Shown: positions 1 to 9,500, numbered from the stretch's first letter. The stretch is DNA of 42,071 bases from Xanthobacteraceae bacterium (GCA_030044555.1 JASHVN010000280.1:1-42071); one strand, 5' to 3'. Notes: generated by a model not told the origin, from the letters alone. Program-made: numbers and translations.

Positions 1-59
1 CAAGGGGGGCAGGCGTCGACGAATCTCTTTCAACGCAAATGAAGCGTCGCGCGCGACGC

Positions 60-115
60 CCCCTCCACCATCCTGCTGCGTAGGATGGTCCCCCTCCCCC
101 GCTTTCGCGGGGGCG
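60..115. repeat. REP-like element: two adjacent short GC-rich hairpins
   Basis: Inverted repeats accatcct (67-74) / aggatggt (82-89) and cccccgc (96-102) / gcggggg (107-113). No credible ORF covers them; all overlapping ORFs are Arg-rich wrong-frame artefacts. Confidence 0.4.
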
Positions 116-720
116 GATAAGTGAGATCGTTCTCGCGGCGCGTTTTTTGTTCGCGTCCGAGCTTTGTCAAACAGCGAAAGAAAGACCTCCCGAACAAACA
201 AGGAAGGGAGGCGGAGCGCCGAGAGGCGCATCCATCCAATGGCCGCACCGCATATCCAAGCGTTGCCGCCCGAACATGCGCGGGGCGCGGCTGCGGGCAT
301 CTCGGCGCCCGCTCGCCTTCCGGCGCTCCACCGCGGCACTCGCCAAGTTTTTAGGCTTGGCTCAGCTCCGGACCCGCGCTTCATGAGAGCACGAATGGGT
401 TTTTGCCGTTCCGCTCCCCGGGCAGCGAGCTCCTCGCGGGCCGGTCGTAGTGCCAGCCGGGCGGGTTCCGGAAGCCGCCCGGGAGCGGTGTGCGAGACCG
501 CGCGCGGGCTTCCGCGCTCGCTCCGCTCTCAAGATCGCATCCGGAAAGCGCCCTTTCGGCGAGCGAGCGGCGTCGCTTCTACCTAGTGCGTGACAATTGT
601 CAAGTGTTGTCTCTACAAAGGTGACCTCAATTTGATTTTACGAGGGTTTTCGGATCGGCCTTGGGCCAAGGCGGCGCCTGATCTTGTGACTTTCGATGAG
701 GGCTCGCGAATCATGTGAAC

Positions 721-843
721 GTCATGGCCGGATCGGGATCCCAGCCGCGCGAGCGCGGCTGGGGACCCCGTGTCCCGGCCATCCACGTCTTTTGGCTCGT
801 GTCCCGCCAAGACGTGGATGCCCGGCACGAGGCCGGGCATGAC
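721..843. repeat. Nested-palindrome REP-like intergenic element, the type that yields ghost peptides such as PGLVPGIHV...DVDGRD
   Basis: Outer IR gtcatggccgg (721-731) / ccgggcatgac (833-843), 1 mismatch. Inner IRs atccacgtctt (781-791) / aagacgtggat (809-819) and gcccggc (820-826) / gccgggc (832-838). The ghost ORFs (613..1005 -, 770..1105 +) carry the peptide strings I recall for this repeat in Rhizobiales genomes. Confidence 0.5.
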
Positions 844-1213
844 GGTCAGAATCATCGCGGCTTCTTTGCATCGGCGACAGGATGCGCCGCAAGCAAACCT
901 GTCGTCTTTTAGTTTACCATGTATAGCGCCGCGTTCCCGAGCCGGCGTAGAAACAGATAACCGCCAGCGCCTTGGCGCACGCCCGTTAGAAGTTTCGCTA
1001 ACCATCGCTCTCCGTCACGATTTCTTTGCCGTGTCCGTTTGCCGCTTCTTCAGCGGCGCGGCGGCAAAACGGGCGCGACATAAGAACTGGGGACAAACGA
1101 AATGACACGGCGTCAAAAAGAGACGAGCTACCTGAGAGAAGTTCTGCGTTGGCTCCGGCAATACTGGACTGACTGAACTTCCGCCACTGTCGCACGATGC
1201 GATCGCGCCAAAC

Positions 1214-1259
1214 GCTAAAGCGCGATGATTTGAAGATGAATCATCATCGCGCTTTAGCT
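1214..1259. repeat. Hairpin-forming inverted repeat
   Basis: gctaaagcgcgatgatt (1214-1230) pairs with atcatcgcgctttagc (1244-1259). Confidence 0.45.
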
Positions 1260-1270
1260 CTTTAGTCTGC

Positions 1271-1340
1271 GCATGATCCCTCGGATCACGCCCGAGGACA
1301 TGCTTTTCGGAAAACCGCTTCACACTTTTCCGGATCATGC
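1271..1340. repeat. REP-like palindromic element, same family as the copy at 31958-32015
   Basis: Terminal IR gcatgatcc (1271-1279) / ggatcatgc (1332-1340). Inner IR cctcgg (1279-1284) / ccgagg (1292-1297) and a ttttcggaaaa core. It shares the gcatgatcc...ttttcgg...gatcatgc architecture with 31958-32015. Confidence 0.55.
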
Positions 1341-1390
1341 TCCAACAATAAGCCAAAGCAGAATGGCGATTCAAATAAAACCCATTCCGC

Positions 1391-1470
1391 TCTAGTGTGG
1401 TGGATTTGAAGTTCCTAAGATCCGGCGGCAAGCTCGAGTAGGAACTTCAAATCCAAAAAGCCACACTAGA
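1391..1470. repeat. About 80-bp long-stem palindromic element (MITE/REP-like), copy A
   Basis: Left arm tctagtgtgg-tggatttgaagttccta (1391-1417) pairs with right arm taggaacttcaaatcca-aaaag-ccacactaga (1439-1470), leaving one bulge. Confidence 0.55.
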
Positions 1471-1483
1471 ATCATTAAATTGC

Positions 1484-1558
1484 CAGTGTCCCCTTTGATT
1501 CCGAAGTTCGCATCGGAGCCGCTGCCAGCACATGCGAACTTCGGAATCGGGACACTAG
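1484..1558. repeat. About 75-bp long-stem palindromic element, copy B, related to copy A
   Basis: cagtgtcccctttgattccgaagttcgcat (1484-1513) pairs with atgcgaacttcggaatcgggacactag (1532-1558). It shares the (c)tagtgt termini and gaagttc core with copy A. Confidence 0.55.
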
Positions 1559-1667
1559 CTCTTCGGCGCGCGTAAGATCTTTGCAGCCAGCGCCGCACGC
1601 ATGTTGTATGGAAAATCGAACGCGGCAAGATGGCGGCGCAAATGCTTCTCGCCACAGTGCAGCGTTA

Positions 1668-3431
1668 TTATCCCTCGAGCATAGCAGCGAGCCGGCGGCC
1701 TGCCTCGCTAACAGCGGCATCCCACTGGCCGAGCCGCTCCTGCGCGACGGCCTCGACTGAAGGATACCACAGCGCCCGGCCGTCCCTGGCGGCCCAATAC
1801 CAAGGATAGCCGCAGGGCACGAGAACGATGCCGGGCCTGCCGAGAGCGCCGGCAACATGGATGGCGAAGCTGTCGGCGGCGACCACGGCGTCGAGATTGG
1901 CGACCGCTGCGATCATCTCGGCCGGAGCTTTGATGTGAACGCCGGCGTCGATGGGGCGCGAATTTCGCCGCAAGTCGTGCCGGAATTCGTCGGTCACCAG
2001 GCTCACCGGCGTCGCATTCTCGGGCAACAGCCCGGTGATCTGCTCCATCGAAAGGCCAAGCGGTCCGCCGTCCCATACGATGCCGACCAGAGGCCGCGGA
2101 AACTCGGCAAGGGCATCGCGCCATTTGGCTAACAGCTGCGGCTCGGTCCGCAGATAGGGAATATCACCGGCCACCGTATCGGCGTCGGGGGCGAACATCC
2201 GCAGCAATGCCGGCAGCGGCGTGACCGAAAGCGGTGGTGCAGGTTCGTCGGGAATGATTTGCTCTTTCAAACTGGCGAGCAGTGTCTGGTAACGCGGTTC
2301 AGCCACGACGCGCACCACTTGCTTGGCGGCAAGCCGGTTCACCAGGCGCGCGAGCACCACGAATTCGAGCGCGCCGGTGGTCGGCGGCACGGCCACCCGC
2401 GAGACGTGCGGCAAGGCGCCCGGCTCACGCGGAGGAAATCGGCCGAGCGTGAGCTCCAAGCTCAGCTTCAGCGCCCGGATCGCCTCGTTGTTCGGCTTTA
2501 GCCGCAAGGCGTGGTCGGCGATCTTGACGGCGTCCTCGAACCGGCCGGCCAGTTGCAGCGCCCGCGCCAGCGACAGCGCGGGGGCTGGATCGGATTGGCG
2601 CGTGCGTACGACCTGGCTGAGTTCGGCGATTCCGCGTTCCACGTCGCCTCGTGCGATCATGACGCGAGCGATGATCTCGCGCGCGCCCAAATGGGCCGGC
2701 GCATAAGCGAGCAGCTTGCGGCACGTGGCCTCGGCCTCGGCCCATAGCCCGGCGGCAGCCCGGCAATAAGCGAGATGCTGTAGCGCCGACGAATCAAGCG
2801 GCGCGCGCAGGTGCGCCCGCTCGGCAAGCTCCAGGGCGCGGTCAAATTGTCCGCGCGTGATGTAGAGCGCGGACAGATTGCGCAACGCTGCCGGATCGTT
2901 CGGCGCCAGCTCGAGTGCCCGCAGCAACGCGGCCTCGGCGGCCGAGCGGTTGCGCGCTGCGAGGTCGATCACGCCGAGTTGGACAAACGCGCGCGCTTTG
3001 GCGGGATCATGACGCACGGCCGCCTCGGTCAGCGCGCGCGCTTGCGCGATGTCGCCGCGGCCCATGAGCGCGCGCGCCAGCGCCAGCTTCATATCCTCGT
3101 TGTCTGGGGCGAGCGCCGCGGCGCGCTCCAGGCAGACCACCGCCTCGTCGAAACGCCCATGCAGTTCATGGGCGATCCCCAGATTGGCAACAAGCTCGGC
3201 ATGGTCGGGATAGGCGGTTGCGGCCTCGGCCAACAGATCAAACGCGGTTCCGATCCGCCGCCGCGCCAGCTCCAGGCCGGCCCGCGCATTGAGCGCATCC
3301 GGATCGCCGGCGCCGCTGCCGATGTCGCGCAGCACCGCTTCCGCTTCGTCGAGCCGCCCTCCGGCAATGAATTCCCGCACGGCTGCGACGCGGTCACGCA
3401 TGGTCGGGGCATGGCTCACCGCCGCTGGCAT
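1668..3431 (-). CDS. TPR-repeat protein with a C-terminal glycosyltransferase-family-9 (heptosyltransferase)-like domain
   Basis: 587-aa ORF. The N-terminal ~330 aa are degenerate 34-residue TPR units (A..A...P....A...LG......G....A). The C-terminus (...IVWDGGP...ADSFAIHVAGALGRPGIVLVPCGYPWYW...) resembles the GT9-like fold often fused to TPRs. A 4-nt gap separates it from the upstream gene. Confidence 0.7.
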   Translation of the reverse strand: MPAAVSHAPTMRDRVAAVREFIAGGRLDEAEAVLRDIGSGAGDPDALNARAGLELARRRIGTAFDLLAEAATAYPDHAELVANLGIAHELHGRFDEAVVCLERAAALAPDNEDMKLALARALMGRGDIAQARALTEAAVRHDPAKARAFVQLGVIDLAARNRSAAEAALLRALELAPNDPAALRNLSALYITRGQFDRALELAERAHLRAPLDSSALQHLAYCRAAAGLWAEAEATCRKLLAYAPAHLGAREIIARVMIARGDVERGIAELSQVVRTRQSDPAPALSLARALQLAGRFEDAVKIADHALRLKPNNEAIRALKLSLELTLGRFPPREPGALPHVSRVAVPPTTGALEFVVLARLVNRLAAKQVVRVVAEPRYQTLLASLKEQIIPDEPAPPLSVTPLPALLRMFAPDADTVAGDIPYLRTEPQLLAKWRDALAEFPRPLVGIVWDGGPLGLSMEQITGLLPENATPVSLVTDEFRHDLRRNSRPIDAGVHIKAPAEMIAAVANLDAVVAADSFAIHVAGALGRPGIVLVPCGYPWYWAARDGRALWYPSVEAVAQERLGQWDAAVSEAGRRLAAMLEG

Positions 3432-3435
3432 GCGT

Positions 3436-4092
3436 TCACGCCACCATCACGCGCTTGCCGTCGATGCGGACATCTTCGGTCACACTGATGACCTTGCTGT
3501 GCGCCGTCTCGGTGGCGATTCCGGAAATGCTGGTCGACTGCATTTCCGCCTGCAGCGAGTCCATGCGATCGACGATGGCGAAGCGCTCGACCGCCTTGAC
3601 GGTGAGCGTGTCGGCGCTGGTTTCCTGCACACGCGCCGAACTGCGCAGGCGGTCGGCGATCAGGGTATAGAGCTTTCCGACCCAGCTCGCGCGCTCGGCC
3701 AGAACGGCCAGCAGCTTGGCTTGCAGATCGAGGCTGTCGGCGCGCAGCGACATGCGCTGGCGCGCCGCGATAGCGACCGTCTCGCCTTCGATCGACAGAT
3801 TGCCGCGTCCCGGTAGGCTCACCACGCTCCAGTTGGCGCCCTCGCGCTCGAGCACGCTGAGCACGAAAGCCCGCGCGGCATCGCAGTAGAGAAGCACACG
3901 ATCACCCGGCAGCGGCCGCACTAGGCAACTGACCGCGACCGTAGCCTGCCGCCGCATCCCGGAGAATTCGACACCGACGTTGGCGCCATCGTCATCCACG
4001 CTGACGACACCGGCGAGCTGAAGCCCGGCGGGCGGCTCGCTTTCGAGGGTTTGCATGATGTCGGCGCGCACAGGCAAGTCGGCAGAGGTCAT
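3436..4092 (-). CDS. DUF3540-like protein of vgrG/DUF2169/pentapeptide accessory clusters
   Basis: 218-aa ORF with coding-like GC3. Size and position (after the PAAR-like and pentapeptide genes) match my memory of DUF3540 family context. No catalytic motif recognised. Confidence 0.5.
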   Translation of the reverse strand: MTSADLPVRADIMQTLESEPPAGLQLAGVVSVDDDGANVGVEFSGMRRQATVAVSCLVRPLPGDRVLLYCDAARAFVLSVLEREGANWSVVSLPGRGNLSIEGETVAIAARQRMSLRADSLDLQAKLLAVLAERASWVGKLYTLIADRLRSSARVQETSADTLTVKAVERFAIVDRMDSLQAEMQSTSISGIATETAHSKVISVTEDVRIDGKRVMVA

Positions 4093-4111
4093 GGGTAAAT
4101 CCTCAAAAACT

Positions 4112-5071
4112 TCACAGGAGCAGGAAGCTGCTTGCCGTAACCGTTTTAAAGCCGCTTGTCTTCGCCTCCAGGTCCGTGACGGCGGATAGCAGTTGCTTCT
4201 GCTTCGCGCTCAATTCGGCGCCCTTCAGCTCGCTTACGATCATTTCCGACTTTGTTTGGCATATCGTGCCGTTGAGCCCGACGATCTTCAGGTCGGAGAC
4301 TGGGGCGCTCTTGAAATCGGTCGTTTGGCAGACTTTCGCACTGGTAATGGCAGTCTTCACGTCGTTGCCGATCACGGTGTTGATATACGAGCCAGTCACC
4401 GCCTTAAAGTAAACCCCGAACTGGAGAGCGAACTGGTTGCCGAATATCAAAGAATTATCGGAACCAAAGAAGATTTCAACGTGGGGGAGTATGCCTATCT
4501 CCATCCAATATCCGAGGACCACCTCTAGTTTTCCAATGATGTTCAGATCCGTTTCGGCACCGATCATCAAAGAGAATTTTGTACCGAAAAAGAAATCCTC
4601 GCTGGAGCCGACCGTTTGGGTTTGGGAGTTTCCAATGGTGAGCACCGATTTCGGGCCATTGGCGGTCTGGTTGATGGCGTACCCGTTCAGGGTGATACTG
4701 CCGCCCGTGCCGTTGGCGTCGGCGGTAATAGTCACGTCGTTCGCCGCCGAGAGCGTGTAGTTGCCGTTCTCTAACGTATATTGGGCGTCGCCGCTCGTCA
4801 CTTCGGTGGTGTGGCCATTGCCGATCAACATCAAGGCGGCGCCTTGCACGTTGGCTTGGAAGTCCTTGTCGGTGTAGGTGAGCACGCCCAAATTTTGGGT
4901 GGTGTAGGTCGTACCGCTGGCCGTGGTGGTCAGACCGGTGACCAAGCTCTCCTCGTCGTGCGAGTAGGCGCCAAGCCGCAAATAGCTCGATTGCGTCAGA
5001 CCGCCGGTGCGCGTTTCCGGCACGACAATGCGAACAAAGGCGTGTGACGTGTTGTTCTGGGTTTCTGCCAT
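4112..5071 (-). CDS. Stand-alone octapeptide-repeat beta-helix protein (gp5_C / VgrG-needle-like); function unknown
   Basis: 319-aa ORF. Gly falls at residues 147,155,163,171,180,187,193,203,211,219,227,235, an 8-residue period over about 12 turns (TVGSSEDF/FFGTKFSL/MIGAETDL/...IFGNQFAL/QFGVYFKA/VTGSYINT/VIGNDVKT). It is Thr/Gly/Asn-rich and has no signal peptide. Its centre is AT-richer than the neighbouring genes. Confidence 0.6.
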   Translation of the reverse strand: MAETQNNTSHAFVRIVVPETRTGGLTQSSYLRLGAYSHDEESLVTGLTTTASGTTYTTQNLGVLTYTDKDFQANVQGAALMLIGNGHTTEVTSGDAQYTLENGNYTLSAANDVTITADANGTGGSITLNGYAINQTANGPKSVLTIGNSQTQTVGSSEDFFFGTKFSLMIGAETDLNIIGKLEVVLGYWMEIGILPHVEIFFGSDNSLIFGNQFALQFGVYFKAVTGSYINTVIGNDVKTAITSAKVCQTTDFKSAPVSDLKIVGLNGTICQTKSEMIVSELKGAELSAKQKQLLSAVTDLEAKTSGFKTVTASSFLLL

Positions 5072-5106
5072 GTTGTAGCTCCTTGAGCTTGTGGGTGGCG
5101 CTTACC

Positions 5107-5505
5107 TCAAACCGTCGCCAAAACAACCTGCGTGGGGGCAATTTCGACTCCAATCGCATTCGTGCCGTTCTGCATCGTGGGCGCTCCCAACATGGTAGCA
5201 GGCACGCCGCTGATGATTAGGACCGTCGAACCGGCTGCATACTTGCCTGGTGCCATTTCTGTGCCGGACATGAGTCCGAGCAGGACACCCGGGGAGTCGC
5301 CTTGCGTGAGCGGGATCATCGTCGTCATGTTGTGGCCCGGCATGCCCATGACTAGAAAGGTGCCCTGACTGGGAATCGCCATAATCTTTAGGGCCACATT
5401 CGGGTAGGGGACCGGTACGACCGCAGGGCCCATCGGAGTGTTGCAGACATCCGGAAAGCCCAGTGCCATAGCTGGCAGCGGGCTGTTTGTGTCAACGAAG
5501 GCCAT
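5107..5505 (-). CDS. PAAR-like spike-tip protein, DUF4150 family
   Basis: 132-aa ORF with the N-terminal signature GFPDVCNTPMGPAVVPVPYPNVA (PDVCxTP...P.PYPN.A), which is typical of DUF4150 PAAR-like domains. No C-terminal toxin extension. Confidence 0.85.
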   Translation of the reverse strand: MAFVDTNSPLPAMALGFPDVCNTPMGPAVVPVPYPNVALKIMAIPSQGTFLVMGMPGHNMTTMIPLTQGDSPGVLLGLMSGTEMAPGKYAAGSTVLIISGVPATMLGAPTMQNGTNAIGVEIAPTQVVLATV

Positions 5506-5508
5506 TGC

Positions 5509-6585
5509 TCAGCACTCCTCGTCTCGCGACATGATTCGGGCTGGATCGTAAAGCTCTGCGATGGCACGATCCGGTACCGTCTGCAACATATTGCCGCGGT
5601 GACCGACGAACAGCGTGCCTTCGGTCGAGGCGCAGTGAAAATCCGTGCGCAGGAAATGCGCGCCGGTAAAGTCGCTGCCGTCGACCACGGCGTGATGCAT
5701 GAGCGCGTAAGGTAATTCCGCTCCACGGAAGGAGGCCGACTTGGCCGATGCGCCGGTAAAGACGCCGCACGGCAGTTTGGCTCCGCTGAAGTCGCAACCG
5801 TCTAGCCGTGCGTCCTGAAATACGCACTGCGCCAAGTTGGCGTCGCGCAACTTGGCGGCGCGGAGATCCGCCTTCAGAAAAACAGTATTCGCCACAACGG
5901 CGCGCGCCAGATTCGCGCCGAGCAGGCTGGTGCCCATCATCATCGAGCCCGACAGGTCGACGCCGGACAGATTGGCGCGCTCGAGTTTGGCACCGCTCAA
6001 ATTGGCGTGCAGCAGGGTCAGACCGGTGAGGTCGCGTTCCGACAGATCGCATTCCGCGAACATGATGGTGTCACACTGCATGCGTGCGAGCCCGGCACTG
6101 CGCAGATCGGCTTTGATGATTGCAACATTATTGAGTTTCGCATCGTCGAGTGCGATGCCCGCCAGCTCGCAGACCATGATTATGCTTTTCGTCAGAGCGG
6201 CACCGCGGAAGACGGCGTCATCGAGATCACACTTCATGAATGTTGCTTGCATCATCTCCGTCTGGGTAAAGTCGCCTCGGCTCAGCGTGGAGGCCATGAG
6301 GGTGCATTGCTTGAAGCTCGCAGCCTGCCAATTGGTATCGGCCGCCTTGGCGCGCGAAAAAGTGCATTTTGTGAGCGAGGCTTCCGCAAACGAGGCGCCG
6401 GAAAAGTCGCAATCGTGGAACATCGTCCGCGATAAGTCGGTGCCGGCAAACGTGCAGTTGCGGAACGAGGAGCCGATCACCATGCCGCGGTAGAGACGCA
6501 AGCCGGAGAAGTTCGCGCCGTCCAGATCGGCGTCGCGCACCGGCCAGCCATGCTCGAATGATTGCAGCATGTGCTCAATTGACAT
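5509..6585 (-). CDS. Pentapeptide-repeat protein
   Basis: 358-aa ORF that is almost entirely A(D/N)LxX-type pentads (ANFSGLRL, ADLRSAGL, ANLSGAKLERANLSGVDLSG...). It overlaps the upstream gene by 11 nt; an alternative start is M6 at 6570. Confidence 0.85.
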   Translation of the reverse strand: MSIEHMLQSFEHGWPVRDADLDGANFSGLRLYRGMVIGSSFRNCTFAGTDLSRTMFHDCDFSGASFAEASLTKCTFSRAKAADTNWQAASFKQCTLMASTLSRGDFTQTEMMQATFMKCDLDDAVFRGAALTKSIIMVCELAGIALDDAKLNNVAIIKADLRSAGLARMQCDTIMFAECDLSERDLTGLTLLHANLSGAKLERANLSGVDLSGSMMMGTSLLGANLARAVVANTVFLKADLRAAKLRDANLAQCVFQDARLDGCDFSGAKLPCGVFTGASAKSASFRGAELPYALMHHAVVDGSDFTGAHFLRTDFHCASTEGTLFVGHRGNMLQTVPDRAIAELYDPARIMSRDEEC

Positions 6586-9500
6586 CGCGCGCCACCAATA
6601 AGATCGTTCGATTGATGTTGGCGTTGCTCAGGTCGGCCGCATCAAGCGCCGAGTCCATGAGATCGCTGCTGAACAGATTGGCGTGGCGCAGATTGGCGCC
6701 GCGCAAGTCGGCCTTGTTGAGGCGTGCCTCGAGCAAATTGGCGGCGTAGAAATCGGCACCGCGGAGATCGTTCGCGGAAAGGATCGCACCTTTCAACGAA
6801 GCCATGCGGAACGCCGTCTGCGCTAGCGTCGCCTTGCCGAAATAGGCGCGATCCAACCGCGCCATGCTGAAGTCGGCGCCGCTGACGTCGGCATCGAGAA
6901 AGGAAAGCGTCGCCGCCGCTGTACTGCCGGTAAAGCGCGCCCCCGTAAGGTCGGGGCAGGCTATGAAGCAGACCGTGTGGAGTTGCGAACCGGAAAAATC
7001 GAGTTTCGGCGCGGAAGCCTTGAGGAAGCAGGTCCGCTCGAGCCGCGCGCCGGCAAAGCCAGCGCCGGATAGTGTGACGTCCATGAATTGCGTGCGCTGG
7101 ATCGTCGCGCCATCCCAGGCGCTGTTGTCCAGCGGCGTTTGCATGAAGCAGCACTGCTCGACTTGCGCCGAGCGGAAGCTTGCTCGCGTGAGCGACACTT
7201 TCATCACTTGCAGGCTGTGAAGCTTCGCTTGGTCGAACGATGCGCACTCCGCGCGCGCGCCGAGAAACTTCGTACTGACAAGCTGCGCACCTGCAAACCG
7301 CGTGCCCCGGCAATCGGCCTTGCCGAGATTGGCCTCCGTCAGGTCAGCGTTGCTCATGTCGGCGTTGAGGAGAATCGCTCCGGCAAGCGTCGCGCCGGCG
7401 AAATTGGTCCCGGCGAGCTTGGCGCCGGTCAGGTTGGCGCGCTCGAGAAAGGCGCCGGAAAAGTCGGCCTGCGCGAAATTTCGCCCCGACAGATCGGCAC
7501 CGGCGAGGTCGCGGCCGGCCATGGCGCCGCCGCTGCGAAATTCCTGCTCGACGATGTCGCCCAGCGCACGCGCCACCGCCGGGGCCAGCGGCGTGTCAGG
7601 CTTGAGCGGTTCGGGCGACATGCGCCGAGCTGCCGCCATGCCGGCTTCAAGCTGCTCCTCGGCGCGGTCGATGCCGGACCGCGCCTCCGCCAGGCCCTCC
7701 TTTATTTTGGTATCGGCGGATGCTATCGCCGACTCGATATCTGTTGCTGCTATTGCAGGCTTGGCGGGTTGGCCGTCTAGCGCTGCGCCCAATCCAACGA
7801 ACGCTTCGAGCGGCGTCTGTTCACTCGTCCCCAGCGCCGGCAGCGCCTTGACCAGAGCCGTTTCTGCCTCCGCGAGCGACGTCCGTAGTTTCTCCAGAGC
7901 TTCCGCCGGCACGTTGGGCTTTGCGGCTTGTGCCACAATGGCGTCGATTGTCAGCTTGGGCGGCGGTGCGGGCGGGGCGTTGCGGGCCTCCTCGGGAAGA
8001 GCGATCGGCGGCATTTCAGGCAGGGAGAAGGCATCTCCGGACAAGGCTTCGCGCACCATCGCGAGCGGCCGGCCCTCCGACAGGGAAAAGAAGCGTGCAC
8101 GCGCCAATCTAAGCTGTTCGCTCTCGTCGACGGCGGGGCGGGCCGCCTGAACCATTTCGTTGCGCCAGTTTTTCGCGCGGTCGAGGTTACTTTCGAGTTC
8201 AGCGATTTTGGCTGGATCGGTCTGTGGCGGCACATTGGGGAGGGCGAGCATTTGCGCCAATGCCGTGTCCATCGGTGCATCGGGTACGCCGATGGCCGCT
8301 AACAACGCGTCGATATCCTCAGGCTCGCCTTCACCGCTGGAAATTTTTTTCAATGCCGCGCGCATCGGTTCGGTCTCGGCGGCCATCTTCTCTATGTCAG
8401 CCTGGACCTTGGTCTGTATGGCATCCAGCGCGTCGAGGATTTCCGCAAGGTCGATTTCGCCGCTCTCGAGTTCCTCGGGCAGCAGTTCGAGGACACTAGG
8501 CCCTGGGTCAGGCGGCGGGATATTAATCTGCGGTCGCAGCGCTTCCGGCAGCGCCAAGCGGTCCAACTCCTGCTCAACGACCCACTGCATCGACGCCTGG
8601 CGGCGGACGGCGCGCTCCTTCGCCATTTGGCGCCGCCGCGCCGCGCGGCGCTCCAATTCGGCTTGCGGCAGGCCAGGCGCCAGCTGGTGCTCTGAGAAGG
8701 CGTAGCGCGCGGCTGTGGCCTTATCGAGCCGCAGCCGGCGTACTTCCAGATAATGCTCGAACGGGCGCGGCGGATCGTTTTGCCGCTCATAGGCCAGCAT
8801 GATGTCGGCGACGTCGCTGCCATCCACGGTCTCGACGCCGACGGCCGCGCGATAAATAAAAATGCCGCGCCGCGCTCCGGCAAACAGCCACAGCGTATCA
8901 ATGCGGGTCGGCAATTCATCAACGCCGCGCGCGGTGTCCTTCCAGCCGATAAAGCAGCGCACCCGGAAACTCGGCAAGTGGCCTTGGATCAGCGGCTGAT
9001 CGGCCGAGAAGTTCTGCAACGCGTAGGGTTCGCCTCCGGAAAGAAAGCCGCCAAGGCGCTGATCCTGTGGTGCGAACAGAAACAGCCGCGGATCGGCGTC
9101 GGTCGCCAAACCCGGCGCAATCTTCTTCAGCCAGGCGCTGTCATAGGTGCCCGCGTATTGCAGTCGCTCCTTGGCATCGAATGCCATCGGTCCGAATTTT
9201 GCCGACGGCGGCATCTCTTCGATAAGCCGAATCGCCTGCTCGGGAATCTCCAAGTTCGGCAGGGCCACCGCCTCGCCGCCCATGGAGCGGGCCAGAGCCA
9301 GATGACCCGCGCCGGCCGGATTGGCCGCGTAGCTGGGGCCGCCGAAGGCACGGTTGGGGGCAAGCGGCATCTGGAGAAACGGGTGCGGTGCAGTCTGCCG
9401 CCAGCCGGACGATGTCATCTGCCAGTAGCGGTCGCCCGTCACCAGGATTTGCTTGCGGATCGGGGGTATCGCCCAGCCCAGCATCATTTGCGCCGTCGGC

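Noticed and set aside
121-1655. Multiple 60-140-aa ORFs in the left non-coding region (e.g. 164..586, 613..1005, 1015..1431)
   Set aside because: They are mutually overlapping and Arg/Pro/Ser-rich, and they run straight through palindromic REP elements. Peptides such as PGLVPGIHV...DVDGRD and KRFSEKHVLGRDPRDHAQ are the known ghost translations of such repeats.
4112-5071. The 319-aa protein as a secreted pore-forming or enzymatic toxin with an adjacent immunity gene
   Set aside because: No catalytic motif, amphipathic or TM helices, or neighbouring small immunity-type ORF is present. The regular 8-residue Gly periodicity favours a structural beta-helix. Toxin status cannot be fully excluded without a structure or profile search.
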